The notes under the pieces: model-generated
What the model was told of the DNA's origin: nothing
The model's input: the letters and a program-made list of their open reading frames with translations, nothing else
Databases searched by the model: none
Assembly: GCA_026387835.1 (NCBI GenBank)
Contig: JAPLKZ010000007.1
Span: 124,187-156,186 of the forward strand
Direction: 5' to 3'
From: Candidatus Saganbacteria bacterium
GTDB taxonomy: Bacteria > Margulisbacteria > WOR-1 > JAKLHX01
Length of the DNA stretch: 32,000 nucleotides
Program-made: the position numbers and the translations under genes
Shown: positions 5,784 through 14,850 of the stretch, one piece after another
Position numbering within the stretch: the stretch's first letter is position 1
Layout of the letters: every line of letters begins with the position of its first letter

Positions 5784-7559
5784 ATGTTCAAAAGCATCAG
5801 GCCCGTTATTTTTCTTGTCCTTACAGGGATCGTGCTGATCTCTTTCCTGCTCCTTTCTTTGATCGCCCTTCCTTCAATAAAGGACCTTGCTGTTTCCCAG
5901 ATAAAAGATCAGCTTTTGGTTCAAGCAAACATGAGCAGGGAAGATTTTTCAAATCTTCTGCTTTCAAATGCTGTAAAGGCAGTTTCGCAGGAAAAAGCAG
6001 TTGAAATCGCAAAAAATACGGGAAGCCGGGTCACTTTGATAAACAAAGACGGGGCGGTCCTCGCTGACTCGGACGAACCTCTTTCAAAGATCAAGGCGAT
6101 GGAAAATCACCTTACAAGACCGGAAGTAGTAGAAGCCGCGTCAGGAAAATACGGCTCTTCTATAAGGTACAGTGAAACAACAAGAAGGGATCAAATATAT
6201 CTTGCCTTGGCTTTAAGAGAAAAAAACGGCAGGATCCTCGGTTATCTGAGGATGTCCGATCCTTCTGAGTATATTCCCAAGATCACATTAAAATTCTACA
6301 GGTCACTGGCTCTTGCGCTTCTGTTAGCGTTGGCTGTCTGTGTTATAACAAGCTATTTTATCTCGATGATATTCACAAGGCCGTTAAGGCGGCTTGTAGA
6401 AACTTCCGAAAAGATATCCGAAGGCCGTTTTCCGGCTACGATAATGAAGAAATCCTGGTTTGAGATAGGCTCGCTCGAAAGAGCTGTCGAGAAGATGAGC
6501 TTAAAGCTTTCAGATCTTTTCAATAATATTAAAAAACAGCAGGGAAGCTCAGGCGCAGTCTTCTCGGGAATGAAGGAAGGCGTTGTGGTCCTTGATAAAG
6601 ACGGAAAGATACACACGGTCAATCCCGCAGTTGAAAAGATCTTCGGTCTGCACGGTGATGATCTGACAGGAAAAACGGTCCTTGAAGTGCTGCGGAACAA
6701 CGAGATAGCGGCTATAACGGATAGGTCCATTAAATTGGGAAAAGAGATAGAGGAGGAAATCGATATATTGACCCCTGTAGAAGCATCATTCGCGGTTTAT
6801 GCCGGGCCGATCAAAGATAAGGACGGGGATATCTTCGGCGGAATATGCGTTCTTCATGATATAACAAAGCTAAAAAAGCTTGAGAGGTACCGCTCTGAAT
6901 TTGTCGCGAATATCTCTCATGAACTAAAAACACCTTTAACGGCTATAAAGAACTATGCGGAGACGCTGCTCAACAGTGCTCCGGACGATAAGGAAAAGAG
7001 CAGGGAATTTATCCTGAAGATCGAAAAACACTCCGACAATCTTTCTTCATTGATTGACGACATTCTCGAGCTTTCAAGGCTTGAGTCCGGAGTGAAATCT
7101 GGCGAGCCGAAGAGCGTCAATATATCAGAGGTCATATCCAGATCGGTTGAATTGCTTTTGGAAAAGGCAAACAAAAAAGGCATTGTTATAAATGTTGAAT
7201 GTGACGGTCAGCTGTCCATTAGAAGTATCAAAGACCATCTTTTCAGGGCAGTTTCAAATCTTATAGACAATGCGGTGAATTATTCTGAAAAAGACAGCAT
7301 GGTAAGCATAAAATGTGTTAGAAAAGACAATAATATAGAGATCTCTGTTTCAGACAACGGCATCGGTATACCCAAAGAAAACATCGGCCGCATCTTTGAG
7401 AGGTTTTACCGTGTTGATCCGGGCAGATCAAGAGATTCCGGTGGAACAGGTCTTGGCCTTTCTATCGTCAAACATATAATGGAACTTCACGGCGGCAGGG
7501 TCTCTGTTCAAAGCGAGGCCGGAAAAGGCTCGACATTCACGCTTATATTCCCTTTGTAA
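5784..7559 (+). CDS. phoR: Sensor histidine kinase, PhoR-like (two TM segments, HAMP, PAS, HisKA and HATPase)
   Basis: H-box FVANISHELKTPLT, N-box LIDNAVNYS, and G-boxes DNGIGIP and GGTGLGLSIV. Confidence 0.85.
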   Translation: MFKSIRPVIFLVLTGIVLISFLLLSLIALPSIKDLAVSQIKDQLLVQANMSREDFSNLLLSNAVKAVSQEKAVEIAKNTGSRVTLINKDGAVLADSDEPLSKIKAMENHLTRPEVVEAASGKYGSSIRYSETTRRDQIYLALALREKNGRILGYLRMSDPSEYIPKITLKFYRSLALALLLALAVCVITSYFISMIFTRPLRRLVETSEKISEGRFPATIMKKSWFEIGSLERAVEKMSLKLSDLFNNIKKQQGSSGAVFSGMKEGVVVLDKDGKIHTVNPAVEKIFGLHGDDLTGKTVLEVLRNNEIAAITDRSIKLGKEIEEEIDILTPVEASFAVYAGPIKDKDGDIFGGICVLHDITKLKKLERYRSEFVANISHELKTPLTAIKNYAETLLNSAPDDKEKSREFILKIEKHSDNLSSLIDDILELSRLESGVKSGEPKSVNISEVISRSVELLLEKANKKGIVINVECDGQLSIRSIKDHLFRAVSNLIDNAVNYSEKDSMVSIKCVRKDNNIEISVSDNGIGIPKENIGRIFERFYRVDPGRSRDSGGTGLGLSIVKHIMELHGGRVSVQSEAGKGSTFTLIFPL

Positions 7560-7574
7560 ATATTTTACTCCCAG

Positions 7575-7617
7575 TTAACAAATCCTTCATCAAGCCGTAA
7601 CACCCCGATACGATAAT
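7575..7617 (+). promoter_or_regulatory. Pho-box-like array (TTAACA, TTCATC, GTAACA at 11-bp phasing) plus -10 GATAAT
   Basis: Hexamers at 7575, 7586 and 7597. -10 at 7612-7617, 9 nt after the last box. Confidence 0.45.
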
Positions 7618-7792
7618 AGTAGTGTGATACCAAAGAAGAAGACGATCTACTATCACAGGAAAAGGAGGTGCAAAAACCGGTTAGGGCTTGCATTGCTTGC
7701 TGTCTTAGCGGAAAAGAGAAAACAAGGACGCTCTTTTCTTGATCTGGCGGCAGGAAGAATGATGATGATGATCAATAAAAAGGAGGAATCAG

Positions 7793-9016
7793 ATGTTCAA
7801 TAAGATAACGTGTTTTTTGTTGATGACAGTTTTGACTGCAAGCGCTATGGCAGCGCCCGCGGCAAAGAAGCTGCAACCCGCTAAAGCGAAAAAAGCGGTT
7901 GTAAAAGCAGGAAAAAAAGCAGCACCGCAAATGAAAGCCTCGCCTAAGATGAAATCTCAGGAGAACAAGGCAGAGGATACAACGGAAGATATCAGGGACG
8001 ACGTGAACAAGGCTGTGTCTGAGCTAAAAGGCCAGATAGACACAGTGAAAGCCGATAATAGCGACGCGAAGGTCGGTGGGGTGATATTTTTCAGGTGGCA
8101 GAGCAAATCAAGCGGAGCAGCATTTAACAATTTTGATATTGACAGAGCGTATGTTGACATAAAAAAGAAGCTTGGCGGCGGAGCAGCAATGAGGGTGACT
8201 CTTGATGTGGCAAGGCTCAGCACTGCTTTGGATACGGCGAAGACAACCCAGAACCTGTTCGATTATCTGAAATATGCTTATGTGGATATTCCTATAGATT
8301 TAGCTAATATGCAGGTAATCCCGATGTCGTTGACCGCAAAAGTCGGTCTTCAGCACACCGTCTGGATCGACTGGATGGACAAGATCATGGATATAAGGTT
8401 CATCGCGAAGAGCCTAGTGGATAATGAAGGTCTTATGTCGTCGGCAGATTTCGGTATCGGAGCAACAGGAAAATTTACATTGCCGATGGTCCCGGAAATC
8501 GAGTATCATGCTACCCTTTTAAACGGTACGGGATATAAAGCCGTTGAGACCAATAACAGGAAAGACCTGTCTTTGAGATTGAATTCGGATCTCTATTCAG
8601 ATGCGACATACGGTAAAGTAACGGCAGGTACATTTTTGTCTTTATTGGGAGAGGACAGCACTTTGGTCAACAAAGACGGCACAAAAGCCGGAGCAGCTGT
8701 TGCATACAGGCATGATCTGGGGACCGTCTTCGGGGAGTATTACAGAGCGAAAGGCGGAGTTGCCGGAACGAGCATAGGAGGATTATTCAATGTCCAGCCG
8801 CTGGTGGAATGGCTGCCTCTGAGCCTTTTTGCAAGGGCGGATGTTTATAGTCCTAACCTTAATACGACCGCAACGACTGATGTTAAAAGGTCATTCTACG
8901 GGATAGTTTGCCAGATAAACAAAGATATCCGTCTCGCAGTCGACCAGCAGACATCCCAGACAGGGTCCGGTGCACAGTCAAGTGTTCTGTACGTCCAGAT
9001 GGAGACGAAGTATTAA
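7793..9016 (+). CDS. Putative outer-membrane porin, possibly phosphate-selective given its Pho-regulon context
   Basis: Signal peptide ending AMA-AP, a Lys/Ala-rich N-terminal region, alternating beta-strand-like sequence and a C-terminal aromatic residue (..METKY). AAGGAGG RBS. Confidence 0.55.
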   Translation: MFNKITCFLLMTVLTASAMAAPAAKKLQPAKAKKAVVKAGKKAAPQMKASPKMKSQENKAEDTTEDIRDDVNKAVSELKGQIDTVKADNSDAKVGGVIFFRWQSKSSGAAFNNFDIDRAYVDIKKKLGGGAAMRVTLDVARLSTALDTAKTTQNLFDYLKYAYVDIPIDLANMQVIPMSLTAKVGLQHTVWIDWMDKIMDIRFIAKSLVDNEGLMSSADFGIGATGKFTLPMVPEIEYHATLLNGTGYKAVETNNRKDLSLRLNSDLYSDATYGKVTAGTFLSLLGEDSTLVNKDGTKAGAAVAYRHDLGTVFGEYYRAKGGVAGTSIGGLFNVQPLVEWLPLSLFARADVYSPNLNTTATTDVKRSFYGIVCQINKDIRLAVDQQTSQTGSGAQSSVLYVQMETKY

Positions 9017-9048
9017 TTAACAAATATTTAACAAATGCGTAATATTAT
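9017..9048 (+). promoter_or_regulatory. Pho-box-like pair (TTAACA-N5-TTAACA) plus -10 TATTAT upstream of pstS
   Basis: Hexamers at 9017 and 9028 (11-bp phasing). -10 at 9043-9048, 9 nt after the second box. Confidence 0.5.
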
Positions 9049-9085
9049 GTTAATGGATAAAGATGATAATAAAAAAGGAGGCCAA

Positions 9086-10093
9086 ATGATGATAAAGAAA
9101 GTTTTTGCGGCGCTGTCAATAATGGCAGTAATTTTTACGGGCATGTCCGCTGCCGCTGACCTGAACGGGGCAGGCGCGACATTCCCGTACCCGATCTATT
9201 CGAAGTGGATGTCCGAGTATAACAAGATAAAGGGAATACAGGTCAATTATGCGTCGATCGGCTCCGGCGGAGGCATCAGACAGTTCACTGCCGGTGTTGT
9301 GGATTTCGGCGCGACCGATGCTTATATGACAAACGATGAGATATCTAAGGTGAGTGGCGGGGTCGTACACGTGCCGACAGTGATGGGAGCGGTCGCAGTG
9401 GTTTTCAATAACGGTCTCAAGACTCTAAATCTTGACGGAAAAACCCTTGCAGCGATATTCATGGGAGACATCAAGAAATGGAACGATGAAAGGATAGCGG
9501 AACTCAATCCCGGAATATCGCTTCCAGATTCAAGCATACTTATAGCCCACAGATCTGATGCCAGCGGGACCACGAGCATCTTCACAGGATATCTTGCAAA
9601 AGTGAGCACCGACTGGGCTGCAAAAGTCGGAGCCGGGAAAGCGGTCGCGTGGCCGGTAGGTGTCGGTGCAAAGGGAAATGAAGGAGTGACTGGAGCGGTA
9701 GTGAACAACAGTAACTCCATCGGGTACGTCGAGCTGGCTTACGCGAAACAGAATAACCTGCCTATGGCGGCAATAAAGAACCGTTCGGGAAATTATGTGT
9801 TACCGTCCGTAAGCGGTGTCACGGCAGCGGCGGATAAAGGCATGTCAAAGATACCCGCAGATTTCAGGGGCGAAATACTGAACATGCCGGGAAGCGCAAG
9901 CTATCCGATATCCGGACTGACATGGATAGTTGTAAGAAAAGAAAATTCGAACGCTGAAAAAACAAAACTACTTAAGGATTTTCTCGGCTGGTCGCTGACA
10001 AAAGGTCAGGATTATGCAGGAGATCTGTATTATGCTCCTCTGCCGCAGTCATTAAGGAATAAAGTCGTTGCAGCTTTGGAGACGATAAAATAG
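9086..10093 (+). CDS. pstS: Phosphate ABC transporter substrate-binding protein PstS
   Basis: GAGATFPYPIYSKW motif and a signal peptide. The start at 9086 is chosen for its AAGGAGG RBS, and because the ATG at 9035 lies inside the predicted promoter. Confidence 0.9.
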   Translation: MMIKKVFAALSIMAVIFTGMSAAADLNGAGATFPYPIYSKWMSEYNKIKGIQVNYASIGSGGGIRQFTAGVVDFGATDAYMTNDEISKVSGGVVHVPTVMGAVAVVFNNGLKTLNLDGKTLAAIFMGDIKKWNDERIAELNPGISLPDSSILIAHRSDASGTTSIFTGYLAKVSTDWAAKVGAGKAVAWPVGVGAKGNEGVTGAVVNNSNSIGYVELAYAKQNNLPMAAIKNRSGNYVLPSVSGVTAAADKGMSKIPADFRGEILNMPGSASYPISGLTWIVVRKENSNAEKTKLLKDFLGWSLTKGQDYAGDLYYAPLPQSLRNKVVAALETIK

Positions 10094-10095
10094 TT

Positions 10096-11019
10096 TTGAA
10101 AAATGATCCGAACAAGGCCGACAGGATCTATAGAACAATAGCAGTAATATTTGCCGCGGTCATCCCTGTGATGTCCGCGGCGGTATTTTTGATGCTGGCG
10201 CAAAAATCCATCCCGTCAATAATTGCTTTCGGCCCGGGTTTTCTTGTCAGATCGGTCTGGGACCCGGTAGCTGAAATATACGGAGCTTTGCCGTTCATTT
10301 ACGGGACGCTTCTTTCTTCATTTATCGCACTGGTGATAGCCGTGCCGCTCGGGCTCGGATGCGCTGTCTATCTTTCAGAAGTTTCAAAGTCAAAGTTCAA
10401 AGAATATATTGCAACGATGGTGGACATGCTGGCTGCGATACCTTCTGTAGTGTACGGTCTTTGGGGTATATTTGTTCTCGGTCCTTTCCTTGTGCAGTAT
10501 ATCCAGCCTTTCCTGGCAAAATATTTCGGTTTCATCCCTCTTTTTCAGGGGCCGCCTATGGGGCTCAGCATGATGACAGGAGGAGTGATACTCGCGATAA
10601 TGATACTTCCGACCATTACTTCCGTATCAAGAGAGATACTTCAAGTTGTCCCTAACAGTCTGCGTGAATCCGCAATGGCGCTCGGTGCGACAAAATGGGA
10701 AACGGTTAGGACCGCGGTGCTTCCTCCGGCCGTGTCAGGTATAGTCGGGGCTGTGATACTCGCTCTTGGAAGGGCAGTTGGTGAGACGATGGCAATAACG
10801 ATGGTGATAGGTAACAGGCCGGAGGTGTCGGCTTCGTTATTTGCTCCCGGATACACGCTGGCATCGGTAATAGCAAATGAATTTGCGGAAGCCTCGAGCC
10901 CGATGAACCTTTCAGCAATGTTCGAAATAGGATTGATTCTCTTACTCTTGACGGTCGTGATCAACGGACTTGCAAGGATACTGATATGGAAAATAGCGGG
11001 CAAAGGTCTTATTCAATAA
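10096..11019 (+). CDS. pstC: Phosphate ABC transporter permease PstC
   Basis: Polytopic membrane protein with an EAA-like loop (RESAMALGATKWETV). TTG start. Standard operon position. Confidence 0.85.
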   Translation: MKNDPNKADRIYRTIAVIFAAVIPVMSAAVFLMLAQKSIPSIIAFGPGFLVRSVWDPVAEIYGALPFIYGTLLSSFIALVIAVPLGLGCAVYLSEVSKSKFKEYIATMVDMLAAIPSVVYGLWGIFVLGPFLVQYIQPFLAKYFGFIPLFQGPPMGLSMMTGGVILAIMILPTITSVSREILQVVPNSLRESAMALGATKWETVRTAVLPPAVSGIVGAVILALGRAVGETMAITMVIGNRPEVSASLFAPGYTLASVIANEFAEASSPMNLSAMFEIGLILLLLTVVINGLARILIWKIAGKGLIQ

Positions 11020-11840
11020 GAAAGTTGAAGGACAGGCTTTTTATATACGCAGCAGTCTTCTGCGCTGGGGCCGCAGTCCTTCCTTTGATACTTCTTCTGG
11101 GATACGTCATTTTTAAAGGCGCATCTTCTTTGACTCTGAGCTTTTTCACTCATGTGCCTGTTCCGGTCGGTGAGAATGGCGGCGGCATCGGCAACGGAAT
11201 AATAGGTACTTTAATGATAGTAGGTCTTGGATGCGTTTTCAGCCTGCCAATCGGAATATTTTCAGGCATCTGGCTTTCAGAGTGGGGAAAAGGAAAGACA
11301 GGATTCATTGTTAGGTACTGCGTTGACGTGATGAGTGGTGTTCCCACAATTGTCCTTGCTTTGTTCTCTTATACCGTTTTTGTCCTTACAATGCACCGGT
11401 TTTCGGCGATCGCGGGCGGTTTTGCGGTGGCAATGATAATGCTTCCATATATAACAAAGACGACCGAAGAAATGCTGAAAATGGTCCCAAGGACGCTCAG
11501 GGAATCAGCGCTTGCTCTGGGTATTCCGGAATGGAGGGTCTCTTTAAGCGTTGTTGTAAGATCGGCATGGAGCGGAATATTTACCGGGGTGATGCTCGCG
11601 GTCGCAAGAGCGGCCGGAGAAACGGCCCCGCTATTATTCACGGCCTTCAACAGCATGTACTGGAACTTTATGCCGGATCAGCCGACAGCCTCCATGACCG
11701 TGCAAATATACACTTATGCGATATCTCCTTATGAGCAATGGCATAATATGGCCTGGGCCGGATCACTTGTGCTAATCGGTATAGTTCTTTTTGTTACAAT
11801 ATTTGTAAGGAAATTCTCAAAGAGGGTGAACTTTGGATAA
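10986..11840 (+). CDS. pstA: Phosphate ABC transporter permease PstA
   Basis: Membrane permease with [14 protein letters not shown]. Overlaps the end of pstC. Confidence 0.85.
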   Translation: MENSGQRSYSIRKLKDRLFIYAAVFCAGAAVLPLILLLGYVIFKGASSLTLSFFTHVPVPVGENGGGIGNGIIGTLMIVGLGCVFSLPIGIFSGIWLSEWGKGKTGFIVRYCVDVMSGVPTIVLALFSYTVFVLTMHRFSAIAGGFAVAMIMLPYITKTTEEMLKMVPRTLRESALALGIPEWRVSLSVVVRSAWSGIFTGVMLAVARAAGETAPLLFTAFNSMYWNFMPDQPTASMTVQIYTYAISPYEQWHNMAWAGSLVLIGIVLFVTIFVRKFSKRVNFG

Positions 11841-12594
11841 AGAAAAGATAAAAGTAAAAGAACTTAACGCCTGGTTCGGGGCTAAGCAGGCGCTTAAAAA
11901 TATTAATGTTTCTATTGCGGAGAACATGGTTACTGCAGTCATCGGCCCTTCAGGTTGCGGCAAGTCCACTTTTATCCGGTGCGTGAACAGGATGCACGAG
12001 ACTGTCATTGACGCAAGGATGAGCGGAGAAATATCGCTTGAAGGAATCATCATCAGCGATCCATCGGTTGATCCGGTCGGGATCCGGCGAAAAATAGGCA
12101 TGGTCTTTCAAAAGGCGACCCCTTTCCCGACAATGTCCATCTATGACAATGTTGCGGCAGGTCTCAAGTTGAACGGACTTAACAACAGAAAAAAACTTGA
12201 TGAAGCGGTCGAGCACAGCCTGAAACAGGCGGCCTTGTGGGAAGAAGTTAAAGACATCCTGTTCTGCCCCGGGAACTCTCTTTCCGGCGGTCAGCAGCAA
12301 AGGCTTTGCATAGCAAGGGCATTGGCGGTAAAACCTGAAGTTCTTCTGCTTGATGAGCCCTGCTCAGCGCTTGACCCGATCTCCACGGGGAAAATTGAAG
12401 ACCTGATCGCGGAGCTTAAAAAATCGATCACAATACTGATAGTTACCCATAATATGCAGCAGGCAGCGCGTGTTGCGGACTTTACCGGATTCTTTCTTCT
12501 GGGCGAGCTGATAGAGTTTGATATCACGAAAAAAATATTCACCGCTCCTTCGGATAAAAGGACAGAGGATTATATTACAGGAAGATTCGGATAA
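11833..12594 (+). CDS. pstB: Phosphate ABC transporter ATP-binding protein PstB
   Basis: Walker [13 protein letters not shown] signature [14 protein letters not shown] and Walker B LLLDEP. TTG start. Confidence 0.9.
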   Translation: MDKEKIKVKELNAWFGAKQALKNINVSIAENMVTAVIGPSGCGKSTFIRCVNRMHETVIDARMSGEISLEGIIISDPSVDPVGIRRKIGMVFQKATPFPTMSIYDNVAAGLKLNGLNNRKKLDEAVEHSLKQAALWEEVKDILFCPGNSLSGGQQQRLCIARALAVKPEVLLLDEPCSALDPISTGKIEDLIAELKKSITILIVTHNMQQAARVADFTGFFLLGELIEFDITKKIFTAPSDKRTEDYITGRFG

Positions 12595-12605
12595 GGAGGA
12601 CAATC

Positions 12606-13277
12606 ATGAGCGAACGGACAATGGATACGGAACTTTCAGAATTGAACGGATTAATAATGATGATGGCAAATATGGTCGAGACTTCCGTTGCCATGAGCAT
12701 CGAAGCTGTCAAGAGAAGGGATGAAAAGATGTCGGATAAAGTCATAGAGGATGATAAGGAAGTCGACCAACTTGAGCTTGAGATAGACGATAAATGCATC
12801 ACTATTCTTGCGACAAGACAGCCGATGGCAGCTGATTTAAGATTTATCGCGACCGCAATGAAGATCGTAACAGACCTTGAAAGGATAGGGGATCTTTCAG
12901 TTGATATCTCTCAAAGGAACAAAGAACTTTTAAACTGGCCGCTCCTTAAACCTCTTATAGATACTCCAAAACTTGCGGAGATAGCAAGGCAGATGATAAG
13001 AGAGAGTATCGATTCTTTTGTAAAAAGAGACGGTTCAAGGAGCCTTAAGATACACGACCTTGAAAAAGAATCTGACAGATTAAAGGACCTGATAACCGAC
13101 GAGCTGATAGACATAATGACAAAGGATTGTTCCGCCGTACCAAAAGCTATCCCGCTTGTACTTATTGCAAGGCATCTCGAGCGCATCTGCGACCACGCGA
13201 TGAATATTGCCGAAGATGTTGTTTACATGGTTGAGGCGAAGGTCGTCAAGCATCTGCATGAACAAGGAGGTGGGTAA
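12606..13277 (+). CDS. phoU: Phosphate signalling complex protein PhoU
   Basis: Two PhoU repeats, with DLERIGD and HLERICDHAMNIAE motifs. Follows pstB. Confidence 0.9.
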   Translation: MSERTMDTELSELNGLIMMMANMVETSVAMSIEAVKRRDEKMSDKVIEDDKEVDQLELEIDDKCITILATRQPMAADLRFIATAMKIVTDLERIGDLSVDISQRNKELLNWPLLKPLIDTPKLAEIARQMIRESIDSFVKRDGSRSLKIHDLEKESDRLKDLITDELIDIMTKDCSAVPKAIPLVLIARHLERICDHAMNIAEDVVYMVEAKVVKHLHEQGGG

Positions 13278-13278
13278 G

Positions 13279-13581
13279 ATGGTAAATGAAGGCCCATGGT
13301 ATTTAAAACAGTCTCCCCTGGGAGCTGGGTATCAGCACTTTTCAAATACTGCAAAACAGGCTTCCATACTGGATTCGAAGACAAAAGAACTAATACGCGT
13401 CGCGATAGCCTCCGTTTTCCGGTGCCGGCATTGCACGGAGCATCATATTAAGGACGCGCTAGCGGCGGGAGCGACAAAGCAGGAAATATCTGAAACGATC
13501 CTTCTCTCAGCTTTACAGGCTGCGGGGACACAGCTAAACTGGCACAAAGAGTTTTTTGAAGAAAAACTAACAGATAAATAA
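13279..13581 (+). CDS. Carboxymuconolactone decarboxylase / AhpD-like family protein
   Basis: CRHCTEHH motif (the CxxC of the CMD family). The start at 13279 is preferred because a GGAGGTG RBS lies just upstream, rather than the ORF start at 13207, which overlaps phoU. Confidence 0.65.
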   Translation: MVNEGPWYLKQSPLGAGYQHFSNTAKQASILDSKTKELIRVAIASVFRCRHCTEHHIKDALAAGATKQEISETILLSALQAAGTQLNWHKEFFEEKLTDK

Positions 13582-13710
13582 GCAGGCGATTTTTGCGGAA
13601 GGCCCTCCAGAGGCGGGTAAAGGTTTGGGGAGGGAGTCCTTCGCTTTGCTCAGGATAAACTCCAACCGCCCCCAAGATAGGAAGGCTACAGCCTACCCAG
13701 ATCTTTCTTC

Positions 13711-13778
13711 TTGCAGCCGTGAATAGTGTTAGGTATAATCAGAGTAATGGTAGCGGTGTGGGCCGCTCGCACCATTTT
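13711..13778 (+). promoter_or_regulatory. Inverted-repeat copy B: tRNA-Ala promoter (TTGCAG-N17-TATAAT) plus leader hairpin
   Basis: -35 at 13711-13716 and -10 at 13734-13739. Hairpin AATGGTaGCGG...CCGCtcgcACCATT. 13734-13778 is a perfect inverted match of 4908-4952. Confidence 0.65.
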
Positions 13779-13785
13779 CATTAGT

Positions 13786-13858
13786 GGGGGCATAGTTCAG
13801 CTGGTAGAACGTCTGCTTTGCAAGCAGAAGGTCCGCGGTTCGAGTCCGCGTGCCTCCA
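13786..13858 (+). tRNA. tRNA-Ala (anticodon UGC)
   Basis: Manual cloverleaf: acceptor stem GGGGGCA/TGCCTCC with the G3:U70 Ala identity pair, anticodon loop TTTGCAA, T arm CGCGG-TTCGAGT-CCGCG. No CCA is encoded. Confidence 0.9.
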
Positions 13859-14563
13859 TTTTAGTTTCTTTGCGAACTCCCGCACAAGCGTTTTCTGAAA
13901 TATTTTTCGGCGAAGGTTTTCTTCTGCGGCATTTTTTTGGGTGGGGGCAAAAAAATGCCGCAGGAACAGTTTCAGGGGTTTGATTTTCGGCGCTGTTATC
14001 ATGATATTTCAATATTACTTCGATGTTCTCCTTCGAATAAATTATCTTTTCGATGTGCCGTTTCATAATAATTCGTCTTTCAGTCATGTCCATATTATCT
14101 GCCGGCCCAGTTAAGGTCTCAAGTATCTGCCGGACCTTTTCGGAGGTGAACTGCAATGGAAAGGGCCCCGGTTCAAGTCCGCTTGCCATAGGTTTAGGCG
14201 AATTATTGAGCGTGAAGATCAAACTGTCGAGATGTTGATTGTTTTTGGCTATATTATCAAGATAATCTATGACAAGCCTGTCCAGACGATCAACGCTGAC
14301 CTGCCTGATATCACAAAAAGACAGGTCCCTTTTATTAACGCTTGTGCAACGATAATAAAAATATCTGACTCTCCTTGTATCTCTCTTTTTATTTGTGAAG
14401 ACTTCGCTCATAGTAGATCCGCAGCCTTTACAATGAAGTAATCCCGGAAATAAAGCACAGTGAACGACTCTGCCGTATATTCTCTGTTTGTGATGTTTCT
14501 GCGCCTCTTCAAACATTTCGGGAGACACAACTGGTTCGTGCTGTCCTTGATAGATATTTCCTC
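13859..14563 (-). pseudogene. Truncated large serine recombinase (C-terminal half only); direct repeat copy B
   Basis: The translation aligns residue by residue with the 2121-3635 protein, from GNIYQG..SPEMFEEAQKHHKQRIYGRVVHCALFPGLLHCKGCGSTM onward. The catalytic N-terminal half is absent. The 355-aa ORF in the track is a chimera that extends into the antisense of the TA genes. Confidence 0.85.
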
Positions 14564-14619
14564 TATTGCTCAGGGCGAGCTTCAAAAAAGGCGCTGTTTT
14601 ATGATATAATTCAACCACT

Positions 14620-14850
14620 ATGAAAACAAAACAGGCAAAACAAAAAACGAAACCCGTATATGTGAATGGATTGTCCTTGAAAAGGCCCGCGGTACTGATC
14701 GACGCCAGGGAGTACGAAGGGATGAAGGAAACCCTTGACATATTGATGGAAGACCCCGGTATCTCCAAGGAGATCAGAATAGCCGAAAAAGAACTTAAAA
14801 CGGGTAAAACCGTTTCCTGGGAAAAACTGAAGAATGAACTCAAAGTATGA
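14620..14850 (+). CDS. Type II antitoxin, Phd/YefM-like
   Basis: 76-aa protein with ...VLIDAREYEGMKETLDIL... typical of the Phd/YefM N-domain. It overlaps the downstream toxin gene. TGATATAAT lies 9 nt upstream of the ATG. Confidence 0.65.
   Translation: MKTKQAKQKTKPVYVNGLSLKRPAVLIDAREYEGMKETLDILMEDPGISKEIRIAEKELKTGKTVSWEKLKNELKV

Noticed and set aside
9035-9085. Upstream ATG (9035) as the pstS start
   Set aside because: It lies inside the predicted Pho-box/-10 region and would add a non-signal-peptide extension (MRNIMLMDKDDNKKGGQ). The ATG at 9086 has an AAGGAGG RBS and begins a canonical signal peptide.
13600-13700. GC-rich segment with GGAGTCCTTCGCTTTGCTCAGGATAAACTCC downstream of the AhpD-like gene, as a gene or RNA
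   Set aside because: It is only a short imperfect palindrome, resembling dispersed REP-type sequence. The 75-aa minus-strand ORF across it has no start context or motif.
4908-13778. The Pho cluster as a composite transposon bounded by the inverted repeats
   Set aside because: No transposase or target-site duplication is present. The repeats are promoter-plus-leader modules facing outward, and one is the native tRNA-Ala promoter. Duplication or recombination is the simpler reading.
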